The notes: generated by a model from the sequence alone, not told the origin. DNA of 64,000 nucleotides from an uncultured Pelagibacteraceae bacterium (GCA_902516465.1 CABXZD010000003.1:1097-65096), one strand, 5' to 3'; shown: positions 10,552-20,427, numbered from the stretch's first letter. Program-made: numbers and translations.

Positions 10552-11162
10552 TTTTTTTCTCCAGGCCATTCTCCTTTAGTGGCAGCCCAATAACTTTTAA
10601 ATAACTCTGAAATTCCTTGAATTAATAAAAAAATAATTCCAATTAATAAACATGATTTGATAGGCCACATGTAAGGCATCCATGTAGTATCCATACCTTT
10701 CTCACCTCTTTGAATAGACTCTCCAACAAATCCAATCGTCATATAGAGAAAAACTAATAATCCTGGAAAATAAAATAAAAGATACAACCAAAAATCTATT
10801 TTACCTTGATTTTTAGTTTTAAAATTTCTATATAAAAAATCAGCTCTTATATGTACTCCTTTTGAAAGAGCATATGCTGCACCCAGCATGAATAATGCTC
10901 CATACAAAAATCGACTTATATCGTAAGCCCAAATTGTTGGGGCTAAAAATAATTTTCTTGCAAGTACTTCATAAGTCATCGCAAAAATTAAAGGCATTAA
11001 AATCCAGCAAACAATATTACCAACCCATTTACTGAATTTATCAATGTTAACTATGGAACTAGCCATCCATGATGGCATATCATCTGGCATTTTTTTGAAA
11101 TCGCCCCGTCTATCAGTACCTAACTCATCTGATAAATTCATTTTATCGGGTTCATCTGCCAT
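10548..11162 (-). CDS. dctQ: TRAP transporter small permease DctQ
   Basis: 4 TM; YEVLARK, PTIWAYD, HIRADF. Confidence 0.9.
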   Translation of the reverse strand: MADEPDKMNLSDELGTDRRGDFKKMPDDMPSWMASSIVNIDKFSKWVGNIVCWILMPLIFAMTYEVLARKLFLAPTIWAYDISRFLYGALFMLGAAYALSKGVHIRADFLYRNFKTKNQGKIDFWLYLLFYFPGLLVFLYMTIGFVGESIQRGEKGMDTTWMPYMWPIKSCLLIGIIFLLIQGISELFKSYWAATKGEWPGEKK

Positions 11163-11174
11163 AAAATTTTAGTT

Positions 11175-11211
11175 AAAAAAATTAGAGCGGACTTTTACAG
11201 TCCGCTCTAAT
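11175..11211 (-). terminator. Stem-loop with U-tract downstream of dctP (intrinsic terminator or mRNA stabiliser)
   Basis: Perfect 13-bp arms ATTAGAGCGGACT (11181-11193) / AGTCCGCTCTAAT (11199-11211), followed by a T-run on the minus strand. Confidence 0.85.
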
Positions 11212-11232
11212 AAAATCAAGATTAATTACTAA

Positions 11233-12327
11233 TTACTTTAATGTTGCTGCGTGAGCCATTCCTAGCTTCGCATTTGACATTTGAGCACCACTCCAGAATG
11301 GAACAGCAATATCAGCAAAGTTTTTCATTGAAGTATAAACTTCATTGAAAAATTTGTTGTCCGCAGCATTCTTGTTCAAAGAAGCTTTAGCAGCAGCCAT
11401 ATATTCTGTGAAATAATCAGAAGGTGTATCCTCTAAAATTACTCCATGTTTAGTAGTTAACTCTTGTAAAGCTTTTCCATTTTCATAGATTCTGTAACTT
11501 AAAGATTTAGCTAATGAAGCATTAGCTGCTACTTCAAGAGACTTCTTCTCATGAGCGCTCATCGCTTTATAAGTTTTTCCAGTAATATAAAAGTCAGCAT
11601 TTACCACTACTTGGTGTAAGCCTTGAAGATAGTAGTGCTTTAATACTTTTTGAAAACCAAATGTTAAATCTGGTTTTGGACAACACCACTCAGCAGCATC
11701 AATAGTTCCTGCTTCAAGAGCTGGAAGAATATCTCCACCACCCATTGCGACGGAAGCTATACCAATGTCTTTGTATGTTTGTCCTGGAATTCCTGGAGGA
11801 GTTCTGAATTTATATTTTCTAAAGTCAGCCATGTCTTTAATTGGTTTTGGAAACCAACCTAAAGCTTCTGGTCCAACTGGTTGAATCATAAATCCTTTGA
11901 TGTCTCTTCCCATTTCTTTCCAAAGTTGATCGTATAATTCTTTACCACCACCGTATTGGAACCAAGATAAGAATGCGATATTGTCAATACCAACACCACC
12001 ACCAGCTACTGGCGAACCAAATAGCATAGCTGCAGGATGATCACCTGACCAATAGTGTGTCCAAGCAAATCCGCAATCAATTAACCCTTTATCAACAGCG
12101 TCCAGAGTTTCTTTTACTCCTACAACTGCTCCAGCAGGTAAAATTTCGAATTTCAAAGAACCACTTGTTAAAGTAGTTACTGTATCAGTAAAGTCCTTAA
12201 GCATTTTTACTTCATCAGCTTTAGTGTTAAGAACTGTCTGACATTTAAGTGTTTTTGCTGCATTAGCACTAGAAGCGAATCCAAGAACTAAAATTGAAGC
12301 AAAAAACATTGAAATGATTTTTTTCAT
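11233..12327 (-). CDS. dctP: TRAP substrate-binding protein DctP (TakP-like subfamily)
   Basis: Signal peptide; LPAGAVV, LDAVDKG, HYWSG, LGWF, KFRTP, ALEAGTIDAAEW. Confidence 0.92.
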   Translation of the reverse strand: MKKIISMFFASILVLGFASSANAAKTLKCQTVLNTKADEVKMLKDFTDTVTTLTSGSLKFEILPAGAVVGVKETLDAVDKGLIDCGFAWTHYWSGDHPAAMLFGSPVAGGGVGIDNIAFLSWFQYGGGKELYDQLWKEMGRDIKGFMIQPVGPEALGWFPKPIKDMADFRKYKFRTPPGIPGQTYKDIGIASVAMGGGDILPALEAGTIDAAEWCCPKPDLTFGFQKVLKHYYLQGLHQVVVNADFYITGKTYKAMSAHEKKSLEVAANASLAKSLSYRIYENGKALQELTTKHGVILEDTPSDYFTEYMAAAKASLNKNAADNKFFNEVYTSMKNFADIAVPFWSGAQMSNAKLGMAHAATLK

Positions 12328-12450
12328 TATTTTTCCTCTTGTTAGTTAAATTTAACAATTACATACAATCAGAAAAATAAAGCTGGTACAAGTGACAATT
12401 GTGTAATTTAAGTATAAATAATAATAATTAAAATATCTATTCAACTATAA

Positions 12451-14055
12451 ATGGAAAACTTTGACTACATAATAATTGGTGCTGGATCAGCAGGATGTGT
12501 TCTTGCTAACAGACTTTCAGAAAATCCAAAAAATAAAATTTTATTAATAGAAGCCGGGGGAAAAGATACTAATCCTTGGATACATATACCTGTTGGTTAT
12601 TATAAAACAATGCACAATCCAGAAGTGGATTGGTGTTACAAAACAGAACCAGATGAAACAATGGCAAATAGATCAATCCCTTATCCAAGAGGGAAAACTT
12701 TGGGTGGAAGCTCATCAATTAATGGTCTTTTATACATTAGAGGCCAGGAACAAGATTATAACATATGGAGACAGTTAGGAAATAAAGGTTGGGGATGGAA
12801 TGATGTTCTCCCATATTTTATTAAGTCTGAAAACCAAGAGCGAGGAAAAGACGAGTATCACGGTGATAGTGGACCATTATCAGTATCTGATCCAAGAATA
12901 AAATTAGATTTGCTTGAAAAATTTATGGATGCTGCAGAAGAAAAAGGAATTCCAAAAGTAAATGATTTTAATAGAGGTGACAATTTTGGATGTGGTTACT
13001 TTCAAGTAACTGAAAAAAATGGTCTTAGATGTAGTGCTTCAGTTGGATATTTAAATCCAATTAAAAAAAGGAAAAATTTGAAAATAGAAACTAATTGCCA
13101 CGTACAAAAAATTAATTTTGAAGGCACAAAAGCATCTAGTGTTTTATTCTGGAAAGACAATCAATCAATTACAATTAGAGCTAATAAAGAAATTATACTT
13201 AGTGCTGGATCTATAGGATCAACACAAATACTTCAAACTTCTGGTATAGGTAATGCAAAAAGATTATCTGACTTAGGAATTAAGATAATTAATGAATTAA
13301 AAGGTGTCGGACAAAATTTACAAGATCACTTGATGTTTCGGCCAGTATATAAAATTAAAAATATTAAATCTTTAAATAAAAAAATAAATAGTTTATTTGG
13401 TAACTTATTAATTGGATTAGAATTTATATTTAACAGATCTGGCCCAATGACAATGGGTGCAAGTCAACTTTGTTTATTTGCAAAAAGTGACTCATCTAGA
13501 GAAACTCCTAATTTACAATTTCATGTTCAACCAATAAGTACTGACAAATTAGGTGGGGCTGCTCTTCATGATTTTCATGCTTTTACTCCTACAGTTGCAA
13601 ATATTAGACCATCTAGTCGAGGGGAAATAAACATTATAAGTAGTGATAGTAGGGAAAAACCAAAAATAAAAATGAACTATTTATCAACAGATGATGACCG
13701 AAAAGTTGCTGCTGATGGATTAAGGTTAGTTAGAGATATTGTATTTGAAACTAAAACGTTTAAAAAATTTGAGCCTGAGGAATTGAGGCCTGGAACTAAT
13801 TTTAAATCTGATGAAGAGCTTGTTCAGGAAGGAAGTAAATTTACTCAAACTATTTTTCACCCTGTTGGAACATGCAAAATGGGTACAGATGAAAATTCAG
13901 TAGTAAACGATGAATTAAAAGTTCATGGCGTACAAAATTTAAGAATCATAGATGCCTCGATAATGCCTAATATTACCTCTGGAAACACTAACGCTCCAAC
14001 AATAATGATTGCAGAAAAAGGTGCGGATATGATACTAGGAAGTAATGTTGGCTGA
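12451..14055 (+). CDS. GMC-family flavoprotein dehydrogenase (BetA-like; candidate isethionate dehydrogenase IseJ)
   Basis: GAGSAG FAD motif, RGKTLGGSSSING, GQNLQDH, FHPVGTCKMG, SGNTNAP; substrate inferred from context only. Confidence 0.88.
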   Translation: MENFDYIIIGAGSAGCVLANRLSENPKNKILLIEAGGKDTNPWIHIPVGYYKTMHNPEVDWCYKTEPDETMANRSIPYPRGKTLGGSSSINGLLYIRGQEQDYNIWRQLGNKGWGWNDVLPYFIKSENQERGKDEYHGDSGPLSVSDPRIKLDLLEKFMDAAEEKGIPKVNDFNRGDNFGCGYFQVTEKNGLRCSASVGYLNPIKKRKNLKIETNCHVQKINFEGTKASSVLFWKDNQSITIRANKEIILSAGSIGSTQILQTSGIGNAKRLSDLGIKIINELKGVGQNLQDHLMFRPVYKIKNIKSLNKKINSLFGNLLIGLEFIFNRSGPMTMGASQLCLFAKSDSSRETPNLQFHVQPISTDKLGGAALHDFHAFTPTVANIRPSSRGEINIISSDSREKPKIKMNYLSTDDDRKVAADGLRLVRDIVFETKTFKKFEPEELRPGTNFKSDEELVQEGSKFTQTIFHPVGTCKMGTDENSVVNDELKVHGVQNLRIIDASIMPNITSGNTNAPTIMIAEKGADMILGSNVG

Positions 14056-14638
14056 TTTATTTTCTGCAGAGCAATTAACAATTTTAACCCAAATCATTTT
14101 AATTGATCTAGTTCTTGCAGGTGACAATGCAATAATTATTGGGATGGTTGCATCCAAATTTCCTTTAGAGCAAAGAAAAAAAGTCATTTTTTGGGGCATT
14201 GGTGGTGCTGTAATACTAAGAATAATTTTAACCTTATTAACAGCTTATTTATTGCAGATTACCGGGTTAAGATTAATAGGTGGATTACTTCTACTTTATA
14301 TAGTTTATAAACTTTACGTAGATGTAATTAGAAGTAGCTCTCACGAAGAAGATATAAAAATTGATAATTCCAGTTTTTTAAAAGCTATTTGGACCATACT
14401 ATTAGCTGATTTTACGATGAGTTTAGATAATGTTCTGGGTGTTGCTGGGGCAGCTGGAGATCATTATGGATTACTAGTTTTTGGGTTAATCTTATCTATA
14501 ATATTGATGGCTACAGCTGCAACTTTAATCTCAAATTGGATTAAAAAATATAAGTGGATAGCATGGGCTGGCTTGTTAGCAATTCTATTGGTTGCTATTG
14601 AGTTGATTTACACAGATATTAAAATATTATTTTTATGA
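14045..14638 (+). CDS. TerC/YjbE-family membrane protein
   Basis: DLVLAGDNAIII and ADFTMSLDNVLGVAGAA motifs. Confidence 0.9.
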   Translation: MLADLFSAEQLTILTQIILIDLVLAGDNAIIIGMVASKFPLEQRKKVIFWGIGGAVILRIILTLLTAYLLQITGLRLIGGLLLLYIVYKLYVDVIRSSSHEEDIKIDNSSFLKAIWTILLADFTMSLDNVLGVAGAAGDHYGLLVFGLILSIILMATAATLISNWIKKYKWIAWAGLLAILLVAIELIYTDIKILFL

Positions 14639-15405
14639 TGTTTTTAAAAAATTTTAATCTTAGAAACAAAACTGCAGTCGTGACTGGAGCGGGTAAAGGG
14701 CTTGGCAGAGCTTGTGCAATAGCATTAGCTGAAGCTGGAGCAAACCTAATAATAATCAGTAGAACCAAAAAAGATTTGGATGAGGTATCTAAAAAAATCA
14801 AAAAACTTAAATCAAAATGTAAATCTTATGTATGTGATATTACCAATTATGATGAAATAAAAAAAATTATTAATAAGCAATCAAAGATAGATATTCTAAT
14901 AAATAACGCTGGAAATAATATTCCTGAACATTTTACAAAAGTAAAAAATAAGAATATGGAATATCTTGTAAAAATTAATACTATTGCAACTTTTAATCTT
15001 GCTCAACTTTGTGCACTTAAAATGATAAAGTTTAAAAATCGAAAAAAAATTGGGGGTGCAATCGTAAATATGTCTTCTCAAATGGGTCATGTTGGTGGAC
15101 CAATTAGGAGTGTTTATAATATGACTAAGTTTGGACTAGAGGGTCTTACTAAGGGTATGTCTATAGATCTTGCGAAATATAATATTAGAGTAAATACAGT
15201 GTGTCCTACATTTGTCGTGACACCTATGACAAGTAAATTCCTGAAAAGCAAAAAATTTAAAAGAGAAGTTCTAGGTAATATTCCTCTTGGAAGATTTGCA
15301 GAGTTATCAGATGTTGCTACTGCAGCTGTATTTCTTGCATCTGATGCTGCCTCAATGATCACTGGAACTTCTTTATTGGTTGATGGTGGATGGACAGCAA
15401 GATAA
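14635..15405 (+). CDS. SDR-family oxidoreductase (resembles HpsO-type SDRs)
   Basis: TGAGKGLG, NNAG, SSQMGHVGG, YNMTK, VCPTF, VDGGWTA. Confidence 0.88.
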   Translation: MMFLKNFNLRNKTAVVTGAGKGLGRACAIALAEAGANLIIISRTKKDLDEVSKKIKKLKSKCKSYVCDITNYDEIKKIINKQSKIDILINNAGNNIPEHFTKVKNKNMEYLVKINTIATFNLAQLCALKMIKFKNRKKIGGAIVNMSSQMGHVGGPIRSVYNMTKFGLEGLTKGMSIDLAKYNIRVNTVCPTFVVTPMTSKFLKSKKFKREVLGNIPLGRFAELSDVATAAVFLASDAASMITGTSLLVDGGWTAR

Positions 15406-16193
15406 TTAATAAATTATTTTTTCTAATAATTTTTTTTTCTACAATACAAGTAAATGCTATTGAATTTAGAGGCAAATTTCTTCAAGGTCATTATATAATT
15501 GGTATCACAGATCCATCTACAAAAATTATTATTGATAAAAAAAGTATAAAAGTTTCTAATGACGGATACTTTGTATTTGGAATTGATAGAGATAGAAAAT
15601 TCGATTTAACAATAACAAAAATTAAAGATGGAAAAAAAGAAAAAATAATTAAGAAAGTTTTAAAAAGAAAATATAATATTCAAAGAATAGATGGTTTAGA
15701 GGAAAGTAAAGTCACTCCACCAGAATCAGTTTATAAAAGAATAAAACAAGAAAATAATAAAATTGGTAAAGCTAGAGCGATAAATTCAGATTTATCTTTT
15801 TTTAAAAATCAATTTATGATGCCTGTTGATGGGATAATAAGTGGCGTTTATGGAAGTCAAAGAATTTTAAATGGTAAACCAAAATGGCCTCATTATGGAA
15901 TTGATATAGCAGCAAAAAAAGGAACATTAATAAAATCCTCAGGATCTGGTGTTGTCACGATGGCTGAAGACGATTTATACTATACTGGTGGGACTATTAT
16001 AATGGATCACGGTCATGGGATATCAACAATATATTCTCACCTTGAAACAGTTATGGTTTCAGTTGGTGATAAAATTAATAAAGGAGATATTATAGGGACT
16101 GTAGGTTCTACTGGAAGATCGACAGGACCCCATTTAGATTTTAGAGTTAACTGGTTTCAAACTAGACTAGACCCAATGTCTATACTAAACTAG
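15390..16193 (+). CDS. M23-family metallopeptidase
   Basis: HYGID (HxxxD), YSHL, STGPHLD. Confidence 0.92.
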   Translation: MDSKIINKLFFLIIFFSTIQVNAIEFRGKFLQGHYIIGITDPSTKIIIDKKSIKVSNDGYFVFGIDRDRKFDLTITKIKDGKKEKIIKKVLKRKYNIQRIDGLEESKVTPPESVYKRIKQENNKIGKARAINSDLSFFKNQFMMPVDGIISGVYGSQRILNGKPKWPHYGIDIAAKKGTLIKSSGSGVVTMAEDDLYYTGGTIIMDHGHGISTIYSHLETVMVSVGDKINKGDIIGTVGSTGRSTGPHLDFRVNWFQTRLDPMSILN

Positions 16194-16197
16194 AGAA

Positions 16198-16320
16198 ATG
16201 AAAACATTAATACTTTTATCTTTAGTAATTGTTGTGGGTTGGGTTTTGTTTAGACCTTTTACAAAAAAAGAGATTGATAGGTATAACAATAAAGATAATT
16301 GGCCAAATATGGATTTATAA
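16198..16320 (+). CDS. Small single-pass membrane protein, 40 aa (not in ORF track)
   Basis: MKTLILLSLVIVVGWVLFRPFTKKEIDRYNNKDNWPNMDL; sits 4 nt and 3 nt from co-oriented neighbours. Confidence 0.65.
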   Translation: MKTLILLSLVIVVGWVLFRPFTKKEIDRYNNKDNWPNMDL

Positions 16321-16323
16321 AAA

Positions 16324-17097
16324 ATGAGAACTTCAATTGAAAAAATTTCAGATAAACTAGTAAGAGCTTTTCTTAAGAATAAAATTATTGCACCTATCCC
16401 ATCAAAATTTACTAAAAAACTTAAAGAAGCTCAAAAATTAAGAATTTTATGTGAAAGCAAAATTAAAGAACCAGTAGCAGGATTTAAAGCGGCTGGTACT
16501 GGTATTCCTTTAATAAAAAAATTTAAAGAAAAAGAACCTTTCTATGCATCGGTTTACAAGAAGAATATACTTAGAAGTGGAAAGGGAGTAAGGATAAATA
16601 AATCAACTTTAGGAATTGAACTTGAAGTTTGCTATTATATTAAAAGATCTTTTTTTAAGTCAAAGGGTTCGATTACAATAAGAAATATATCTAAGTTTAT
16701 ATCTCATATGGCCTCGTGCATTGAGATTGTGGGTTATAGACAAAGAAAAAAAGGAATTACTTCTTTTGGTGATTTATGTAGTGATTTCGGTGCAAATGTA
16801 AAATTCTTAATAGGTCAAAAGAAAAAATTTAAAAAAATTAATATTGGAAATCTAAAAACAAATATTGCTAACAAAAGAATAAACCAAAGCGTAAATGGCA
16901 ATACTAATACTGTTTATGTTAATCCATTAAATTCATTAAGATTTGTTTTAAATAAAATCAAAAAAGATAAAATTGAATTAAATAAAGATTTTTGGGTTTT
17001 TACTGGGTCAACTGTTGGGGTTGTTCCAATCAAGAAGAAAGGTTTATATATCGGTAATATTGAAAAATTAGGTTCAGTTAAAACAATTATAAGATAA
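16324..17097 (+). CDS. FAH-superfamily, 2-keto-4-pentenoate hydratase-like protein
   Basis: AGFKAA, GIELEV, CIEIVGYR, SDFGAN, NPLNSL, FTGS. Confidence 0.7.
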   Translation: MRTSIEKISDKLVRAFLKNKIIAPIPSKFTKKLKEAQKLRILCESKIKEPVAGFKAAGTGIPLIKKFKEKEPFYASVYKKNILRSGKGVRINKSTLGIELEVCYYIKRSFFKSKGSITIRNISKFISHMASCIEIVGYRQRKKGITSFGDLCSDFGANVKFLIGQKKKFKKINIGNLKTNIANKRINQSVNGNTNTVYVNPLNSLRFVLNKIKKDKIELNKDFWVFTGSTVGVVPIKKKGLYIGNIEKLGSVKTIIR

Positions 17098-17104
17098 ATT
17101 TTGT

Positions 17105-17419
17105 ATGAAAAAAATTTTTGTTTTGTTTTTCTTACTTTTTTTTATAGTTTCATGCGCCACTCCTACTGTTGTCAATGTAATACAACCAAATGATAGTGAA
17201 TTGAATTGTAAAGAATTAAGTCAAGAAATAGCTGAAGCAAATAAATACGCTGATGAAGCTCAAGCAGCTAAAAAAGCAGATAAACCTCACAATGTAGGTG
17301 CGATATTATTTTTTCTTCCTGGATTAGGGTTCTCGATGGCTAACATAGATGAAGCTACAAAAGCAGCAAACGATAGAGCGATACATTTAAACAAATTAAA
17401 AGAAAAAAAAGATTGTTAA
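17105..17419 (+). CDS. Hypothetical lipoprotein
   Basis: Lipobox IVSC; D-x-x-L-N-C-x-x-L motif and C-terminal Cys. Confidence 0.75.
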   Translation: MKKIFVLFFLLFFIVSCATPTVVNVIQPNDSELNCKELSQEIAEANKYADEAQAAKKADKPHNVGAILFFLPGLGFSMANIDEATKAANDRAIHLNKLKEKKDC

Positions 17420-17462
17420 ATATTTTGTATTTTTTTCAAAATTTCGCTTACATTCTGGTATT

Positions 17463-18815
17463 TTATTTACAGTTTTTATTATTAATTTCATTTCTAAGTT
17501 TTTTAACATGCTCAATATTATTTATTATTCTGCTCCAATTTAACTGGTAAATTTTATCATCATCAGTTTTATTAACATACTCCCATTCTAGTTCTTCATT
17601 TTTATCAATAAGTAACAATCTTCCTTTTTGTTGTTCCTCAATTAAAATGGAACCATCATTCAAAAAATCTGAGAGCCCACCTGCGCTAGTTTTTATACTG
17701 ATTTCTTCAATTGAATTTTTAAAGCTTTTACTAAAAGTATCATTTGTGAAGTTGTATATTAAAATTTCAACATTTTCATTTTTTGGCCCATTTTTTGTAA
17801 ATAGATAATTGTTATTAAAAATTGAAATTTCATTATCTGAAATTATATCTACATCATGTTGCATATAAAATGGTCCTGTAATAACTTTCAGAACTTTATT
17901 TTCTGATGGCCTATAAAGAACAATAGTATTTATATTTCTCAAAGATAAAAAAAGATCACCTTGCTTCCAGTAATCTCCATCTTTTAATACAGGCTGGATA
18001 TCATTTAGATGAAAGGGATCATTATCAATATAAACGTGATTATACTTTATAACTTTTCCTTCAATCAAAATATCAAAAATAGATTTTTTATATAATGTTT
18101 TACCCTCATCAGAAATTTTAGTAATTGCGTCATCTAATAAACCTGTTCTCTTTCTATATTTTTTCATAGTATCAGAATAAGGTTCAAGATATGCTGGTAT
18201 CCAGAAATTTCCTTCGTGATCTTTTTCTACTGAGTGATGATATCTCTCATCACTTTGAACCCAATCAATATTACTACATATATCTAACTTAAAGATTGGA
18301 CCATCCTCAGCATGAGTTATTAAGTTTCCATAGCTATCTACATAAGGGTGATAAAAGATAAATCTTTTTTCATTTGAATTTATTTTGATTCTAAAAAACT
18401 CATCTTCATTATTTTCCTCGGCTTTTTTAATTATTTGTGCAATATTTGGATCATATTTATGAATAACTTTAAAATCTTTTAAATCAATTATTTCTACCAA
18501 GCTTTTTGAAGTGCTCCCATCAAATCTTGATAAAATTAATAATTCATCTCTATTCATGGAAAAATAATTTTTTAATTTAGCTTTATTTATATGATCATCT
18601 TGAGCCCTCATGGCGTCACCAGGATCTTTTGATAAATTATATATTCTTTTTATATTTACTGGGATCTCGGAAATAATTAATGCAAACTTTGACAAATTTC
18701 CAAATTTTGTACTACCGACTAATTCTTGTCTTACCAAAGCTCCAAAAAAAAAGGTTACAATAACAAAAATTATTATCACCAAATATAAAATCCAAATTTC
18801 AATTTTTTTAAACAT
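17463..18815 (-). CDS. Arylsulfotransferase (ASST)-like, membrane-anchored periplasmic protein
   Basis: N-terminal TM anchor; RYHHS, DPFHLNDIQP (H-x-N), LSLRN and QHDVD motifs typical of ASST beta-propellers. Confidence 0.78.
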   Translation of the reverse strand: MFKKIEIWILYLVIIIFVIVTFFFGALVRQELVGSTKFGNLSKFALIISEIPVNIKRIYNLSKDPGDAMRAQDDHINKAKLKNYFSMNRDELLILSRFDGSTSKSLVEIIDLKDFKVIHKYDPNIAQIIKKAEENNEDEFFRIKINSNEKRFIFYHPYVDSYGNLITHAEDGPIFKLDICSNIDWVQSDERYHHSVEKDHEGNFWIPAYLEPYSDTMKKYRKRTGLLDDAITKISDEGKTLYKKSIFDILIEGKVIKYNHVYIDNDPFHLNDIQPVLKDGDYWKQGDLFLSLRNINTIVLYRPSENKVLKVITGPFYMQHDVDIISDNEISIFNNNYLFTKNGPKNENVEILIYNFTNDTFSKSFKNSIEEISIKTSAGGLSDFLNDGSILIEEQQKGRLLLIDKNEELEWEYVNKTDDDKIYQLNWSRIINNIEHVKKLRNEINNKNCK

Positions 18816-18891
18816 ATAAATAAATACTGACTACCTTAATTATACAAAATCTTTGTTTTAAAATTATTTATAATGGTTTAAAATAAATTTT

Positions 18892-19116
18892 ATGTCAAAA
18901 ATTACAATAGCTACACTATTAATTTTAATTTCTTTATCATCAAGTGTTTATGCATATATCGGGCCTGGAATGGGTGGGGGGATTATATTGGCTACGATTG
19001 GGATAGTAGTAGCAATTATTGCAGCAATTTTTGGAGTGATTTGGTTTCCTATTAAACGACTAATTCAAAAAAGAAAAGAAAAGAAACAAAAAAATATCAG
19101 TGATAATTCACATTAA
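18892..19116 (+). CDS. Small membrane protein with A-YIGPG motif
   Basis: Signal-peptide-like segment ending VYA, then YIGPGMGGG, a TM helix and a basic tail. Confidence 0.8.
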   Translation: MSKITIATLLILISLSSSVYAYIGPGMGGGIILATIGIVVAIIAAIFGVIWFPIKRLIQKRKEKKQKNISDNSH

Positions 19117-19456
19117 GCTAATCTTATTTGTTATTTTTACAATAGAGGTTTTAAAAAGATTCTATCTATTTTCTAAGTTCAAAGATATAAAAATTTTTTG
19201 TTTAAAATTATTTAGATTAATCAATCTTCGAAAAGTTTCAGACAAATGGAAGGAAAAAGCTTTATTTAGATATTCTAAAGATATATTTATTCTTTCAATA
19301 AAGATATTTTTCATACTAATCCTAATATTTCTTTTCTATGTAATTGTAATTCATTTAGATGAATTGACTCGAAATTATTTTTTTTCAATTATAGGATTTA
19401 CAGAAATTTCAATTTTAACTTTACTTTATTATAAATTAAGAAACTATAAAAAATGA
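19100..19456 (+). CDS. Hypothetical small membrane protein
   Basis: Three hydrophobic segments, polar VSDKWKEK loop; overlaps both neighbours. Confidence 0.7.
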   Translation: MIIHIKLILFVIFTIEVLKRFYLFSKFKDIKIFCLKLFRLINLRKVSDKWKEKALFRYSKDIFILSIKIFFILILIFLFYVIVIHLDELTRNYFFSIIGFTEISILTLLYYKLRNYKK

Positions 19457-20424
19457 ATAATTACAATTTTTTACAAAAAAAATTACACAAATTAGTTTTA
19501 GGTTTTAATTTTATCAAAAAATCTTTATTTGAAATTGAAAAAAATATTTATCTTTCAAAAAAAGATATAAGAAATAATAAACATATCTTTATAAGTGGGC
19601 TTCCAAGATCAGGCACCACCTCTTTACTTAATTTTTTTTATAATACAGGTGATTATGCATCTTTAACTTACAAGGATATGCCTTTTGTTTTAACGCCAAA
19701 TATTTTTTCAAAATTATCATCTAATAAAAAAATACCAAGATCAGAAAGAATTCATCAAGATGGAATAGTATATGATCAAGATTCACCTGATACATTTGAT
19801 GAAGTTTTATTTTTAACTTTTAAAAAAAATAATGAAATTTTTGAAAACTATGATAATTTGATTTCACTTGTTCTAGATAGATACAAAAAAGAAAAATATC
19901 TAAGTAAAAATAATAATAATTATAAAAGAATTGATCAAATTTTATCGCACTTCCCTCAATCTTTTGTTTTAATACCTTTTAGAGATCCTTTACAGCATGC
20001 AAATTCTTTACTTCAAAAACATCTTATGTTTGTTGAGAAGCAAAAAAAAGATCTATTTATTTTAGAGTACATGAATTTTTTAGGGCATCATGAGTTTGGT
20101 CTTAATCATATTTATTGGTTTAAGCCTGTTAATCATAACAATCCAAAAGATATTAATTATTGGCTAGAACAATGGAGTTTATTTTACTTAGACTTGGAAA
20201 AAAAATATCTTGAAAAAAAATTAAATGTTTTATTTATCAATTATGAGAATCTTTGTAAAAACAATGACTCAAAAAAAATGTTGAACAAAAAACTTGATTT
20301 AAAATATTCTATCGATTTTCAATTTAACTACTCGTATAAGAATATTAATTTTAATTACGATAAGAATGTTTTAGAAAGATGTATAAACACCTATGATAAA
20401 TTAACTTCTAAATCTTTTATTTAG
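19453..20424 (+). CDS. PAPS-dependent sulfotransferase family protein
   Basis: 5'-PSB loop FISGLPRSGTTSLL; 3'-PB motif IPFRDPLQHANS; no signal peptide. Confidence 0.87.
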   Translation: MNNYNFLQKKLHKLVLGFNFIKKSLFEIEKNIYLSKKDIRNNKHIFISGLPRSGTTSLLNFFYNTGDYASLTYKDMPFVLTPNIFSKLSSNKKIPRSERIHQDGIVYDQDSPDTFDEVLFLTFKKNNEIFENYDNLISLVLDRYKKEKYLSKNNNNYKRIDQILSHFPQSFVLIPFRDPLQHANSLLQKHLMFVEKQKKDLFILEYMNFLGHHEFGLNHIYWFKPVNHNNPKDINYWLEQWSLFYLDLEKKYLEKKLNVLFINYENLCKNNDSKKMLNKKLDLKYSIDFQFNYSYKNINFNYDKNVLERCINTYDKLTSKSFI

Positions 20425-20427
20425 AAA

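Noticed and set aside
12328-12450. Riboswitch (SAM-V, glycine, TPP) upstream of sulfur or transport genes; 61270-61372 also inspected
   Set aside because: No recognisable conserved aptamer elements; an Infernal/Rfam scan would be needed to exclude formally
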